Shown one piece after another: positions 1 to 10,151 of a stretch of DNA of 64,000 bases. The notes below the pieces were generated by a model. It did not search any database, was not told the DNA's origin, and saw nothing but the letters and a program-made list of their open reading frames with translations. This DNA comes from an uncultured archaeon. Its GTDB lineage: Archaea; Thermoproteota; Nitrososphaeria_A; Caldarchaeales; Wolframiiraptoraceae. The position numbers were made by a program, and so were the translations under genes. The first letter of the stretch is position 1; each line of letters begins with the position of its first letter. The stretch is from positions 64,001-128,000 of the forward strand of contig CALKCF010000007.1 of the NCBI GenBank assembly GCA_938083505.1, in the 5' to 3' direction.

Positions 1-148
1 ACTCGTAACCGGATGGGAAAAGCTCTGATATACGGGTAAATACGGGGTTTATCGAGAACTTTGGTAACACTTCGTTGATTTCGTCCCTAATCTTCGGATC
101 GCTGTATAGGGCATCAAACTTTTTTGGTATAACATCCTGCCAGCCCAT
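1..148 (-). CDS. 5' part of a gene following the decoration gene (possibly major capsid protein), truncated by the window edge
   Basis: ATG at 148 sits just after the TGA at 150-152 and the frame is open to the edge (MGWQDVIPKKFDALYSDPKIRDEINEVL...). Identity is inferred only from gene order. Confidence 0.3.
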   Translation of the reverse strand, partial: MGWQDVIPKKFDALYSDPKIRDEINEVLPKFSINPVFTRISELFPSGYE

Positions 149-149
149 A

Positions 150-579
150 TCATTTCACCACGAGGATTCTACCAACATCTCCAGGAGCTGCGAAGTTATC
201 AAGAGTTATGCCAAGCCTCCTTGCATAGTATATAGTGTATGCATCACTCCCACTTTCATCTACATTCTGGTCCGTTAGTGGAGGTACGCGTCGTGAAGCG
301 TCCGCACCGTACACCGCCTGGTTTATGCTTATGGCTGCGACAGCCACGACCTTCACGATACCAAATACGCATGCTGGTACATAATCACCTTCATAGGTAT
401 TCTCCAATGCTATTCCTATACAATTCGTCGAAGCTGTAGCTAGTACTATGGTATCTTGACCTACTAGGTATACGAGGGTCTCCTTTGGTTATTGTTGCAG
501 TGGCCTTGAAGCTTAACACAACACCCTCATCCCTTGGAGAAATTAAGTCCCTAACGTTTAAATCAGGCCACGTATCCAT
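150..579 (-). pseudogene. Capsid decoration/cement-like protein, frameshifted
   Basis: ORFs 391..579 and 150..407 join via a +1 nt insertion near 474 to give ...SFKATATITKGDP/VYLVGQD...CIGIALE...GDYVPACVFGIVKVVA..AISINQAV, a pattern typical of cement/decoration proteins. Confidence 0.55.
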
Positions 580-639
580 TTCCGCTCAAAATAATTTGTA
601 CAAATACTTTCCTAAAAATTAGGACATAAATTACGGAAC

Positions 640-897
640 GTAAAAATAATTGTCACGTTTTTCACAGACAAAGCTAACCCAGACGTTCAGTAACTTCTCT
701 ACCTTCTCGGTAAGCTCGTAAACTTTTGCACCAGCCCTTGCTTACCTATAAGTCATCATACCTTCGCTTACTGCGTAATCTAGTATACGCTTAAGTCTTT
801 GATAATTAATGCCCAAAAATCGTCCAATTCTGTAAGGTGTCACACCGCCAGCGTTCGCCAACTCAAGTATTTTTACAAACTACTCTAACTCTCTCAT
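640..897 (-). pseudogene. Winged-helix DNA-binding protein, disrupted
   Basis: MRELE*FVKILELANAGGVTPYRIGRFLGINYQ/RLKRILDYAVSEGMM..*..KVYELTEKVEKLL: a wHTH pattern with stops and a frameshift. The end coordinate is approximate. Confidence 0.5.
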
Positions 898-972
898 GCC
901 AAATAATTTTCACAAAACTTAGTCATAAATTTTTTACATATATATTCGTTCCATTTTCATGATATTTTTAGA

Positions 973-2240
973 ATGGAATTTTTATCCACGTTAAAATTAA
1001 CATTTTTTGAAATGTTCCTAGGAAGATTAATCGGAAAGGTATGTATCAGACCAATAACAGAATCTGTACAGAATCCAACAATTTACGCAATGTCCGGAAC
1101 AGTTGGATATCCAATCGTTTCATTTAAGCGATACGTAGATTACTATCTGAGCGACCCGCTAATCATGAGTGCAGCAGATTACATAGAGCAGGCAGTCGCA
1201 GGCATGGGTGGTTACACGACAGCTGATCTTAACTTTGCGAAGTACAGCGTTGATGAATTCAATGCAAAAATAAACCTTGACGAGCTCCATCTAAAAATAG
1301 CTAAGTGGAAGACGCTATGCGGCAACTTCTTCTTGAAAAAGGTTTACGATGACTACCGACGCTGAGACAGTTAGAGACCCTGCTGCTCGCACGGCCGATA
1401 CTATCGAGCTAAGTGGTAAGGGCTTCACATTTACCAACACCGCACCCTTTGCCGGTACCATGAGTTCCACGTTCACAGACGTCCTAGATGGAACGATTTT
1501 GTGGTACAACCGCTTGCATAGAGGTCAACAGACCAGGCTCTCATCCAGAATCATCGTCCATTATAGGTGGAACGTGGTTGACGAGCATACTTTCAGCACG
1601 AGTTGGCTTACGTCGATGCTCACGAAGGGCGTAGAATTTGTGATAAAGGGCAAGGTCAGGAAGTGTGAGCCGTTCGTTAAACTGAAAGAGAAGCTTGACG
1701 ATGCTTTAATGAAACTTGCTATAAAGGTGATACCGCGGCACGTTTACGTGTTTCCAGCGATGCCCCTCAACTTCCTGAAAGAGGCCCAATCATAGTTAGA
1801 GAAACTTGAACCAGAACAGAACTTCTTAACAAACAGCAAAGAGTTTAAGGTAAGGGAGGTGGGCGTCTCTTCTAGGGCGGTCTTAGAGTTCTTCTGGAAA
1901 AATATATTTGACCAATTCATAATGGGAACGCAGACGCATCATGTAAAGCTATTCACAACTCCTGAATTTACAGAGGCTTCTGCGAAAGTAGCTGATGCGG
2001 CGATGGAAAGGAAGCTCGTGGGGATTAGGAGGTCCATCAAGCGGTAACTAAGCGCGAGATATTCGACGAAACTGGGGCCTAAAAGAAGGGCCGAAGATAG
2101 ATATAGAACACCTCATAAAGTTTGCCAAGCTTCTAACACATGGTGTATAAGTCGTCAGACTTGATGAGTTATGGAAAATGCTGAAGAAGTTCGGATTCAT
2201 GCTAACCGAAGAGCCTAAGAAAGAGGAGGCAGTGAAGTAG
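973..2240 (+). pseudogene. Viral portal protein, disrupted
   Basis: YLSDPLIMSAAD..GNFF, VHYRWNVVD, LFTTPEFTEASA and NWG..KMLKKFG segments in portal order. In-frame TAG at 1793-1795, TAA at 2045-2047, further shifts and a probable internal inversion. Confidence 0.7.
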
Positions 2241-2241
2241 A

Positions 2242-3063
2242 ATGTCATGGGGAGGAAACTGAAGAATACATAAGGAGCGGTCATAGAAACACGGAAGAGT
2301 TTGAAGAAGGAACCTTCAGGACTGTAGACGTAGACCCAGAGCTGGGAATAAAGGCCATAATTGCCAAGCCAAAGGGAAAGGACAGTATGGAAGTCCAGAA
2401 TTACCTCTTCTCGAAATCTAAGGGTTGGACGCTCGAGAAAGCCGAGGAGCAAATTGATAAGCATGTCGCTAGTGCCGAGTCGTTCAAATGGACCCTTAAC
2501 GCATTCAAGGTTTACAAGGATTTAACAGAGTCAAAGGGTGCTAAGGTCTGGAAGGTCAGAGCGCTACATGTCGAAAAGACTAAGAATGGTACGCTTTTAC
2601 CGAGGAGGAGCTGAGGCTGGCGGCTAGGAGCCTTGCTATGAGACCTGTGAATATAAACTACTCGAAGATGCTACACTTTCCAGAGAATTTTGTGATTACT
2701 GCCGATTATGAGAACGGTGTTGTCGAAGCGCTTATCTGGATATCGGACCCGAACGCGAATCGAATGATAGAATTAGGCGAGAATAAGCGGGGCAAGCGTG
2801 GAGTGGGTAGCAATGAACGCATTACCTGTCAATGACATAAAGCCAAGAGGTCTTGTTTTACAGGTTTGGCACTACTCACAAAAAATGTAGAACCAGGCGA
2901 CCCGCTCGCAAGGATAATTAGGGAAGAATATGTTAAAGCAACCAAGGTTGGTTATGAGTGCTTGCTAAAGAGCCCTGTTGCTAGGGCTATCCTGTCGAAA
3001 TATGGATGTCCTAAATTGACAACGCTTTGTAGAAGAATTTCACAAAACATGGTCAAATATTAA
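2242..3063 (+). pseudogene. Prohead protease-like protein, disrupted
   Basis: MSW/EETEEYIRSGHR..GIKAIIAKPKG..EVQNYLFSKSKGWTLEKA, then KNG../FTEEELRLAARSLAMRPVNIN, then GLALLTKNVEPGDP. Several frameshifts; position directly after portal. Confidence 0.6.
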
Positions 3064-3071
3064 AAGGTTGA

Positions 3072-3189
3072 TAGCCCGGGCCGGATTCGAACCGGCGTCC
3101 GCGGGGCTCTCCTCCATCGATAAGATCCAGAGCCCGCGATCCTTAGCCCAGTATCTGACCGAGTGTTTTGGCCGCTAGACGACCGGGCT
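3072..3189 (-). tRNA. tRNA-Gln(CTG) with two introns (D-loop ~21/22, 25 nt, 3143-3167; canonical 37/38, 20 nt, 3107-3126)
   Basis: Acceptor AGCCCGG/CCGGGCT+A, T-arm GCCGG-TTCGAAT-CCGGC, anticodon stem GCGGG/CCCGC with CTG at 3130-3128. Removing both inserts leaves a 73-nt cloverleaf. CCA is not encoded. Confidence 0.92.
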
Positions 3190-3229
3190 ATCAAAATAGA
3201 AATTTTCCTCGTCCTATTTCAGTTTTCCG

Positions 3230-3787
3230 TCACACCGTCTTCTTAAATATCGGTAATATACCAAGATGAACGACATCGTCCCGCTTAATGCCCTCCAAGA
3301 GTATCGCCACCTTCTTCTCAACAATTCCGCCGACCTTTATAACAATCTCTTCCATGGCATTTAGAGTCTGACCAGTGCTAACTATATCATCTATTATGCC
3401 AACCCTCTTCCTAGCAATCCTTTCTTTGTATCTTCCGTCTATACAAAGAATCAACTCCTTATTGGACGTGATGGGTTTGTAAGACACGAATACTGGGTCA
3501 TGCATGAATTGTTTAATCTCTTTCCTGCAAACCACGTAAAAGCTGTGGTTTAACATGTTTGCCAGTTCATGAACGAGCGCTATGCCTTTGCTCTCGGACG
3601 TCATGAGAACATCGCACGTTAATAGATGTTTATAAAGCTCTTTAGCACAATGGTTTATGAATTCTTTATCGCCTAAGCTGTCAAAGTATGCAATCCAGGT
3701 GTCTGGAGATACTTGGACAAGGGGTAACCTTCTCTTGAACCCTTTTATCTCTAGCTCGTAGTATTCTTGCCCTTCATATTTCAACAT
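3230..3787 (-). CDS. Type I phosphoribosyltransferase (adenine PRT-like)
   Basis: PRPP-binding motif IIDDIVSTGQT and ESKG loop. ATG 3787 is preferred over the longer ORF start. Confidence 0.85.
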   Translation of the reverse strand: MLKYEGQEYYELEIKGFKRRLPLVQVSPDTWIAYFDSLGDKEFINHCAKELYKHLLTCDVLMTSESKGIALVHELANMLNHSFYVVCRKEIKQFMHDPVFVSYKPITSNKELILCIDGRYKERIARKRVGIIDDIVSTGQTLNAMEEIVIKVGGIVEKKVAILLEGIKRDDVVHLGILPIFKKTV

Positions 3788-3985
3788 ATACGCCAATTCT
3801 TCCACCAGTTGTTTCTGAGGAATGTATGTGTATAATAAATTTTTCAAGTAGGTCCCCGCCGCACACGATTTTCATACAGATAATCAAAATGGGTAAACAG
3901 ATTCCTCTATTGAGTACGTAAACGTGATGTAAGAATTATTTGTCTGTCTATGTAAACCTAACGGTTATAGCTCTGAATCAAAGCT

Positions 3986-5185
3986 GTGTGCCCCTTGATG
4001 GGAAATTATTCAGCGATCTTAAGCACAGATATACCTGACTCTTGGAAGTACGCAGGCGACGGCTGGGGCTCGAGCCTTCATAAGATATGTTCCAGAACCG
4101 GCTCGTTCCCTCCTGCCCTTGCCCACTATTTTGTAAAAAGGTACTCTAAATACGGTGACACAGTCCTTGACCCATTCTCCGGAAAGGGAACGGTACCACT
4201 CGAGGCATGCCTGAACGGAAGAATAGGTATAGGCAATGACCTGGCACCAGAAGCATACGTTATAACGAGAGCAAAGGTGAATCCAGTTACTTTGGATGAT
4301 GTAAAGGAATGGATATATAAGACAAGGGAAAAATGGAACCCAGAAAGCTACGACGTTGACGAAGTAAGCAATGATGTTCGCATATTTTTCAGCAAATATA
4401 CACTAAAGCAGATATTAGCAATAAGGGACATGTTGATGGATGACGACTCAGACCTTGTAAACTTTATAAAGGCACTCATGTGCGGAATACTCCACGGCCC
4501 CACTAGGATGCATCTAAGCATACCGTGCTCCCACGCCTTTTCGATGTCCCCAAAATATATACGGCGTTTTGTTAAAAAGAATGGCTTAAAGAAGCCCAAG
4601 AGGGATGTGCTAAAATGTCTACTTACAAAGGCTGAGAGGGTTCTAGCGGATGGTCTGCCGAGGGTTAGGGGCATAGCGACGTTAGAGGATGCTAGGAGGC
4701 TACCGCTTGAGGATGAGAGTGTCAACCTGATAGTTACGTCACCGCCCTACTTTAACATGCAGACTTATGCTTGGGACAACTGGCTGAGGTTGTGGTTTTT
4801 GGGATACGACTATTTAGAGGTGAAGAGTAAGTTATTCCAGTCAGAATCGAAGCAGAAGTTTAAAGCTTTTATGTTCGAATCCTTGAGGGAAATGTTTAGG
4901 GTATTAAAGGATAACTCAGCCTGCTTCGTAGTTGTTGGTGACGTGAAGCTGAACGGCCACTACATCAATATGGCAGATATGATAGCGCCGATAGCAGAAA
5001 GCATAGGCTTTACGGTTGCTAGGCTGATTTCAGACTCCATACCGAAGTCGAACAAGCACCTCATGTACATAAAAGTGGATGAAGGTGTTAGCCAGGAGAG
5101 AATACTTGAACTTCATAAAGGTAATCCCGTACTGAACAACGAGCCTGTTGCTTGGGCCAAGGTGCCCGCGGAGGTTTTTGTATGA
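3986..5185 (+). CDS. Site-specific DNA methyltransferase (SPPY, probably N4-cytosine)
   Basis: SAM motif LDPFSGKGT near the N-terminus; catalytic VTSPPY near the C-terminus. Confidence 0.88.
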   Translation: MCPLMGNYSAILSTDIPDSWKYAGDGWGSSLHKICSRTGSFPPALAHYFVKRYSKYGDTVLDPFSGKGTVPLEACLNGRIGIGNDLAPEAYVITRAKVNPVTLDDVKEWIYKTREKWNPESYDVDEVSNDVRIFFSKYTLKQILAIRDMLMDDDSDLVNFIKALMCGILHGPTRMHLSIPCSHAFSMSPKYIRRFVKKNGLKKPKRDVLKCLLTKAERVLADGLPRVRGIATLEDARRLPLEDESVNLIVTSPPYFNMQTYAWDNWLRLWFLGYDYLEVKSKLFQSESKQKFKAFMFESLREMFRVLKDNSACFVVVGDVKLNGHYINMADMIAPIAESIGFTVARLISDSIPKSNKHLMYIKVDEGVSQERILELHKGNPVLNNEPVAWAKVPAEVFV

Positions 5186-6279
5186 TTCTGGAAACGCATG
5201 GGGATGTTTGCAGGCTGGGTTACATGAGGCTCATAGCATGTCTAGCTGAGGATGACACACCAAAGAGCTTCGATTTCTTGGCATCCATACTTTACGACTT
5301 CGTGCACAGAATCGGGCCGCCGCAACTTCCAATAAAACCCGTAGGCATAATAACTAGGCCTGTAAACGCAAGGAATTACGTCTCAGTTGCTGCGGAGATG
5401 AACATACTGAATAGGAAAACTCAAACTTTAGGAGATGTTGGCAAGCTTTACGTGAGACTCGACTCAGCCGCTAAGTTTCTTGCTGAAAACAGACAAATTA
5501 CGCATGAAGAACTTTTGACACTAAATTCAGTTGAGAAAGTGTTGTTGTTCGTTACTTTAATCTTTGCAGACTTTCCGTTTTTATTGAATGTTATAATTTG
5601 GGCTTTAGAGCGTGAAGAGTTCACGAGAATGGAGGCGATGAACCACATGATGGAGGAGCTCTACCCTTCTGCTCTGAAGAACATTCTAACAAAGGTTGAT
5701 GCGAGGAAGAGGAGCCTGATAGAGAAGGATATAACTGAAGCGGAAAACTTCAGGACGAATAGGCTAAGCCTAAAGAATAAGAACGAATGGATAAAGAGCA
5801 GCCAGTACGCTAAATATAGACACATAGCCCCACCCAGATTGGAATGGCTTGTAGATCTTGGGATTCTCAAAAGAGCTGGTAGGGGTAAGTATTCCGCAGA
5901 TGAAGCATTCGTTAAATGTAAAGAGATGTTTGAGGGTTACTCTAAAGGTCCCATGAAGAGAATTGAGGAAGATATCATAAACGACATCGCACCGCTCTTG
6001 ATTCCCGGCTTGGTGAAAGCTAGTAGGCTTGATGTGGCGAACATGATAATCGAGGCCTACAGGAGGTTTGCAGGTAGGGATAATGCTGTAAGTCTTACCA
6101 TGCTAGAAAGGCTTTGCGTTTTCCTTTTATTAGAAAGGAAACTACTCTCAGCACCAAGTATGGTTCATGATGTATTCAACAACTTAGCCGTCAGATTTCC
6201 GGATAAGATGTTCGTACAAAAGGGGAAAACGGGCGGCGTAGAGGTTGTCATGATGAACATATCACCATCTGACCTATAA
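5182..6279 (+). CDS. Hypothetical protein translationally coupled to the methyltransferase; wHTH-like segments
   Basis: ATGA overlap with the MTase stop; PRLEWLVDLGILKRAGRGKYS is wHTH-like. No clear nuclease motif. Confidence 0.6.
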   Translation: MILETHGDVCRLGYMRLIACLAEDDTPKSFDFLASILYDFVHRIGPPQLPIKPVGIITRPVNARNYVSVAAEMNILNRKTQTLGDVGKLYVRLDSAAKFLAENRQITHEELLTLNSVEKVLLFVTLIFADFPFLLNVIIWALEREEFTRMEAMNHMMEELYPSALKNILTKVDARKRSLIEKDITEAENFRTNRLSLKNKNEWIKSSQYAKYRHIAPPRLEWLVDLGILKRAGRGKYSADEAFVKCKEMFEGYSKGPMKRIEEDIINDIAPLLIPGLVKASRLDVANMIIEAYRRFAGRDNAVSLTMLERLCVFLLLERKLLSAPSMVHDVFNNLAVRFPDKMFVQKGKTGGVEVVMMNISPSDL

Positions 6280-6381
6280 CACTGATGTTTTAGTGAGGGG
6301 TTAGAAGTAAATCCAAGACACGAAAAAGACTTATAACACTTAGCGATACACCTACGTTCCGATCTGGAGGGATGCGCGGAT

Positions 6382-7593
6382 TTGGATTTCGATTTTTCTG
6401 AGGAACAGGAACTCTTTAGAAAATCCCTCAGGGAATATTGTCAAAAGAACTTGGCCCCAAGAGTTTTGGAGATAGAAGAGGACGGTAGGATACCCAATGA
6501 TATAATCGAAGGTTTGGCAAACATAGGGGTACTTGTAATGACTGCATCATTAGAAAAAGGCGGTGCAGGTGCGGATGCCGTGACTGCAGGCATAGCAGGC
6601 GAGGAGATAGGTAGGGCTGACATATCCTGCGCCACGGCTGTCTTCTACCTAGTTCCAGCAGCATGGGGCTACATATTCGATAAGTATGGAGATCCCGAAC
6701 TTTCGAAGAAAGTCCTTTCAAAAGTTGCAAAAGGTAAGGCATTCATCGGAATAGCGACCACCGAGCCAGCAGCAGGTTCGGATCTTGCCAACATAAGGAT
6801 GACCGCCGTAAAGAAGGGTAGCACGTACATTCTCAATGGTGAGAAGCTGTACACATCTGGTGTGAGAGAGGTGATGGAATTCCTGCCCGAAGGTGGTGGC
6901 TTCCTCACTTTGGCAAAGACGGACCCGTCTAAAGGAACAAGGGGCATGTCGCTGTTCTACGTACCGCTAAAGGAAGTTTCCGGAGAAGTTAGCATTACTT
7001 ACCTCAAAGAGATGGGGAGGAAGGGTATATCGACCGGTGGTTTTTCATTAAAAGATGTAGAGATTCCCGAGGAGAATATGATAGGGTCGGAGAACAGAGG
7101 GTTCTACATCTGCATGGAGGGCTTTGACTTTGCTAGGTCAATAATCTCAGTAGTCTGCTGCGGTGTAGCCATGTCAGCCCTTGAGATGGTGATGGACTAC
7201 ATAAAGCAAAGGGACGTATTCGGCAACCCGTTGGCTAAATATGAAGGTGTACAGTTTAAGCTGGCGGAAAATTATGCAAAGCTGGACGCCGTGAGACTTT
7301 TGGGATACAAAGCATTATGGATGTTCGACAAGGAGCAGAAGGAGGGGAAGTTCACGAGGTTTGAGGTTACTAGGGTGGCGGCGGAGGCCAAGATGTTAGC
7401 ACCGTGGGTAGCGTTCGAGGCGATAAACGACGCCATGCAGTGGTACGGGGCATATGGTTACATGGCCGAGTGCCCACTTCAGATAGCATTAAGGGGTATA
7501 AGGTCGTACATGTGGGCCGAGGGGGCGACTGAGATAATGAAGATAATAGTGGCAAGGGAGCTGCTTGGCAGAGAGTACACAGCCTACAGGTAA
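6382..7593 (+). CDS. Acyl-CoA dehydrogenase
   Basis: TTEPAAGSD, LNGEKLY, ENRGF, R-x-VFG, YGAYGY and AEGATEI motifs. Confidence 0.95.
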   Translation: MDFDFSEEQELFRKSLREYCQKNLAPRVLEIEEDGRIPNDIIEGLANIGVLVMTASLEKGGAGADAVTAGIAGEEIGRADISCATAVFYLVPAAWGYIFDKYGDPELSKKVLSKVAKGKAFIGIATTEPAAGSDLANIRMTAVKKGSTYILNGEKLYTSGVREVMEFLPEGGGFLTLAKTDPSKGTRGMSLFYVPLKEVSGEVSITYLKEMGRKGISTGGFSLKDVEIPEENMIGSENRGFYICMEGFDFARSIISVVCCGVAMSALEMVMDYIKQRDVFGNPLAKYEGVQFKLAENYAKLDAVRLLGYKALWMFDKEQKEGKFTRFEVTRVAAEAKMLAPWVAFEAINDAMQWYGAYGYMAECPLQIALRGIRSYMWAEGATEIMKIIVARELLGREYTAYR

Positions 7594-7608
7594 AGTTAAG
7601 GATAAGGG

Positions 7609-8271
7609 TTGGATAAGGAAACTTTTGTTAGCATCATTAAATTATTATCTGAGCACTATTGTGTTCAGTCTCCTGGACATCTAAATGTGCCGGACCCATT
7701 CAAGGTACTCATAGGTACAATACTTTCACAAAGGACCCGTGATAAGGTGACGGACTTAGCCTTCAGCAGGTTCTTCTCGAAGTATAAGAATGTCGAGGAA
7801 GTTGCAAAAGCACCGCTTAATGATATAATACGTTTGATAAAACCCGTGGGTTTTTACAGACAGAAGGCTAAGAGGATAAAGAAGGTTACAAAAATAATAC
7901 TTGAACGCTACGGCGGACGAGTGCCAAGAAATAGAGAGCTCCTCATCGAACTTCCGGGCGTAGGTTACAAGACGGCCGATATCGTGTTATCACTCGCCTA
8001 CAACGAGCCGGTCGTGGCAGTAGATACGCATGTTGAGACAATCTCCAAGAGGCTTGGAATAGCTAGGTGGAACGCAAAGTACGAAGAGGTAAGAAAGAGT
8101 ATAGAGAGCGTCACACCACCGCATCTAAGAAGGATCGTAAACGGTGTGCTGGTTAAGTTTGGAAAGGAAATCTGTAAGAAACCGAGGCCGAAGTGCGAAC
8201 TCTGTCCTATAAAAGTTCATTGCGAATGGTATAAAAGTAGGCACCCACTAACTAACCTCAAAACTGCATAA
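7609..8271 (+). CDS. nth: Endonuclease III (HhH-GPD, 4Fe-4S)
   Basis: ILSQRTRD, LPGVGYKTA, VDTHV and C-x6-C-x2-C-x5-C. Confidence 0.93.
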   Translation: MDKETFVSIIKLLSEHYCVQSPGHLNVPDPFKVLIGTILSQRTRDKVTDLAFSRFFSKYKNVEEVAKAPLNDIIRLIKPVGFYRQKAKRIKKVTKIILERYGGRVPRNRELLIELPGVGYKTADIVLSLAYNEPVVAVDTHVETISKRLGIARWNAKYEEVRKSIESVTPPHLRRIVNGVLVKFGKEICKKPRPKCELCPIKVHCEWYKSRHPLTNLKTA

Positions 8272-8302
8272 ATTGCATGGATATTCAAGATATTAACATA
8301 AT

Positions 8303-9364
8303 TTGCCATCAAAGATATGTTTTAAGCTAACACGTTCTTTAGTCTATAAAATGATGAGACGGCTAAACATACTGATAATTGCAGTAGCCATTCTCGTAGC
8401 ACTCACAATTGGAATTTTCTCTTTTTACATACCTAAGGAAGAGACTAAATATAGCATCAAGATAGGCAACGTACCAGCAATAACATACGCACCGACTTAC
8501 ATAGCGATTAGTCTCTTCATGGACGATGTAGGTATAAATGCAACTTACGTAGCGTTCCCGAGCGGAACGAAGGCAAGAGAGGCTCTCATAACTGGCGAGA
8601 TAGACTTTGCCTCACTATCAACAGTACATGTGCCTATAGCTAGACTTAAGGACAGGCCGTTGAAGATAATAATGTCGTTACACTCTCGGGAGATATTTTC
8701 ATTAATGGTCAGGTCGGAGCTGAAGGGTGTTGTCAAAGAGGTTAAAGACTTGAAAGGTTTAAAGTTAGGCTTCTCAGCACCGGGCGCTGGAAGTTGGGCA
8801 TTTGCCGTTTACCTATTAAGAAAAGCCGGACTCGAGCCCGGAAAGGACGTGGAAATGGTAGCCGTCGGAGAACTTTCAACAATGTACTCGGCTCTAAAGG
8901 TCGGTAAGGTTGATGCGGTCGTAGCATGGGACCCGTTGACGACACAGTTGATGGAAACTGGTGAGGCTTACGCGCTAATCGATCTTTATGACGCAAAACA
9001 ACACACGGAGTTATTAGGTGAAGAAGCGATGTCTCAAGTATTGGTTACTAGGGAGGACATGATATCCAAGAACCCTGAACTGGTCGAGAGGGTCGTTAAG
9101 GCCCATAAGATGGCGTTAGAGTTCATAAAAAAAGAAGATGCTAAGAAGGTGGCTGAAGTTCTTCAGCCATACTTCAAAGGTATGGACATAGCACTTCTTG
9201 AGAAGGTTGTGAACAGGATAAAGGAAGTCATACCCGAAGATGGTAGCTTAAGCGAGTCGGCCTATTATGCTGATATCATGCCGTTAATCGAGACCGGCGT
9301 TCTTGAGAGGAGCGTAAGCTTTGAGGAAGCCGTAGATTGGAGGTTCGTCGGTAGGAGACCGTAA
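8303..9364 (+). CDS. ABC transporter substrate-binding protein, SsuA/TauA/NMT1 family
   Basis: N-terminal membrane anchor, DLKGLKLG and GKVDA..WDP. The true start may be ATG 8351. Confidence 0.85.
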   Translation: MPSKICFKLTRSLVYKMMRRLNILIIAVAILVALTIGIFSFYIPKEETKYSIKIGNVPAITYAPTYIAISLFMDDVGINATYVAFPSGTKAREALITGEIDFASLSTVHVPIARLKDRPLKIIMSLHSREIFSLMVRSELKGVVKEVKDLKGLKLGFSAPGAGSWAFAVYLLRKAGLEPGKDVEMVAVGELSTMYSALKVGKVDAVVAWDPLTTQLMETGEAYALIDLYDAKQHTELLGEEAMSQVLVTREDMISKNPELVERVVKAHKMALEFIKKEDAKKVAEVLQPYFKGMDIALLEKVVNRIKEVIPEDGSLSESAYYADIMPLIETGVLERSVSFEEAVDWRFVGRRP

Positions 9365-9366
9365 TT

Positions 9367-10122
9367 ATGAATGCAGAATGCGTATCGATCGAAGGGCTGA
9401 GTGTGTCTTATTTATCATCGACGGGAAGGATTGAGGCGCTCCGTGACATATCGTTTAAAGTATACGATGGTGAACTTATCACGATAGTTGGCCCTAGCGG
9501 CTGTGGAAAGACAACGCTACTTAACGCCATTGCGGGTCTGCTAAATTTTCGAAACGATGTGCTGATTAGCGGAAAGATATTCGTTAAGAACGCTAAGAGT
9601 ATAGGGTATGTTTTTCAGAGAGATGCACTCCTTCCTTGGAGGACGGTTATCGAGAATGTCGCGTTAGGTCTCGAGGTCAGGAACTTTCTAAAGAAAAAAA
9701 GAAAGGAGATAGCGCTAGACCTCTTAAAGATGATCGGGCTTGAGGATTACGGGAATAAGTATCCACACGAACTTTCTGTGGGCATGAGACAAAGGGTTGC
9801 GCTGGCGAGGGCGATTGCCTATGACCCAGAGCTCATACTTATGGATGAACCACTCGGCTCACTCGATGCTCAAACTAGGATGACCCTTCAGGATGAAATA
9901 CTGGCGATACATAAGAAGACGCGCAAGACTATGTTGATGGTTACGCATGATATAGCTGAAGCCATAATATTGGGCGACAGGATCCTTGTTATGAGCGGTA
10001 GGCCAGGTACTGTGAAGTCAGAGTATATTGTTAAATTACCAAAACCCAGGTCTGCATTCAGTTCTAGACTCGACCCAGAGTTTAGTAGACTTTATGGACT
10101 CATATTAGATGATCTAAAATGA
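9367..10122 (+). CDS. ABC transporter ATPase, TauB/SsuB type
   Basis: GPSGCGKTT, LSVGMRQR, LMDEPLGSLD and VTHD. Confidence 0.92.
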   Translation: MNAECVSIEGLSVSYLSSTGRIEALRDISFKVYDGELITIVGPSGCGKTTLLNAIAGLLNFRNDVLISGKIFVKNAKSIGYVFQRDALLPWRTVIENVALGLEVRNFLKKKRKEIALDLLKMIGLEDYGNKYPHELSVGMRQRVALARAIAYDPELILMDEPLGSLDAQTRMTLQDEILAIHKKTRKTMLMVTHDIAEAIILGDRILVMSGRPGTVKSEYIVKLPKPRSAFSSRLDPEFSRLYGLILDDLK

Positions 10123-10151
10123 AGATATGCAAATGAGTCAATCTGATCGCC

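Larger units (their letters stand above)
1..3063. mobile_element. Decayed head-tail (Caudoviricetes-like) provirus remnant, continues off the left edge
   Basis: Portal-, prohead protease-, capsid decoration- and wHTH-like reading frames, all broken by stops or frameshifts, lying directly beyond the 3' end of tRNA-Gln (3072). No integrase or att repeat is visible in the window. Confidence 0.75.

Noticed and set aside
1793-1795. In-frame TAG in the portal as pyrrolysine or read-through
   Set aside because: The surrounding gene has other stops and frameshifts, so simple decay explains it.
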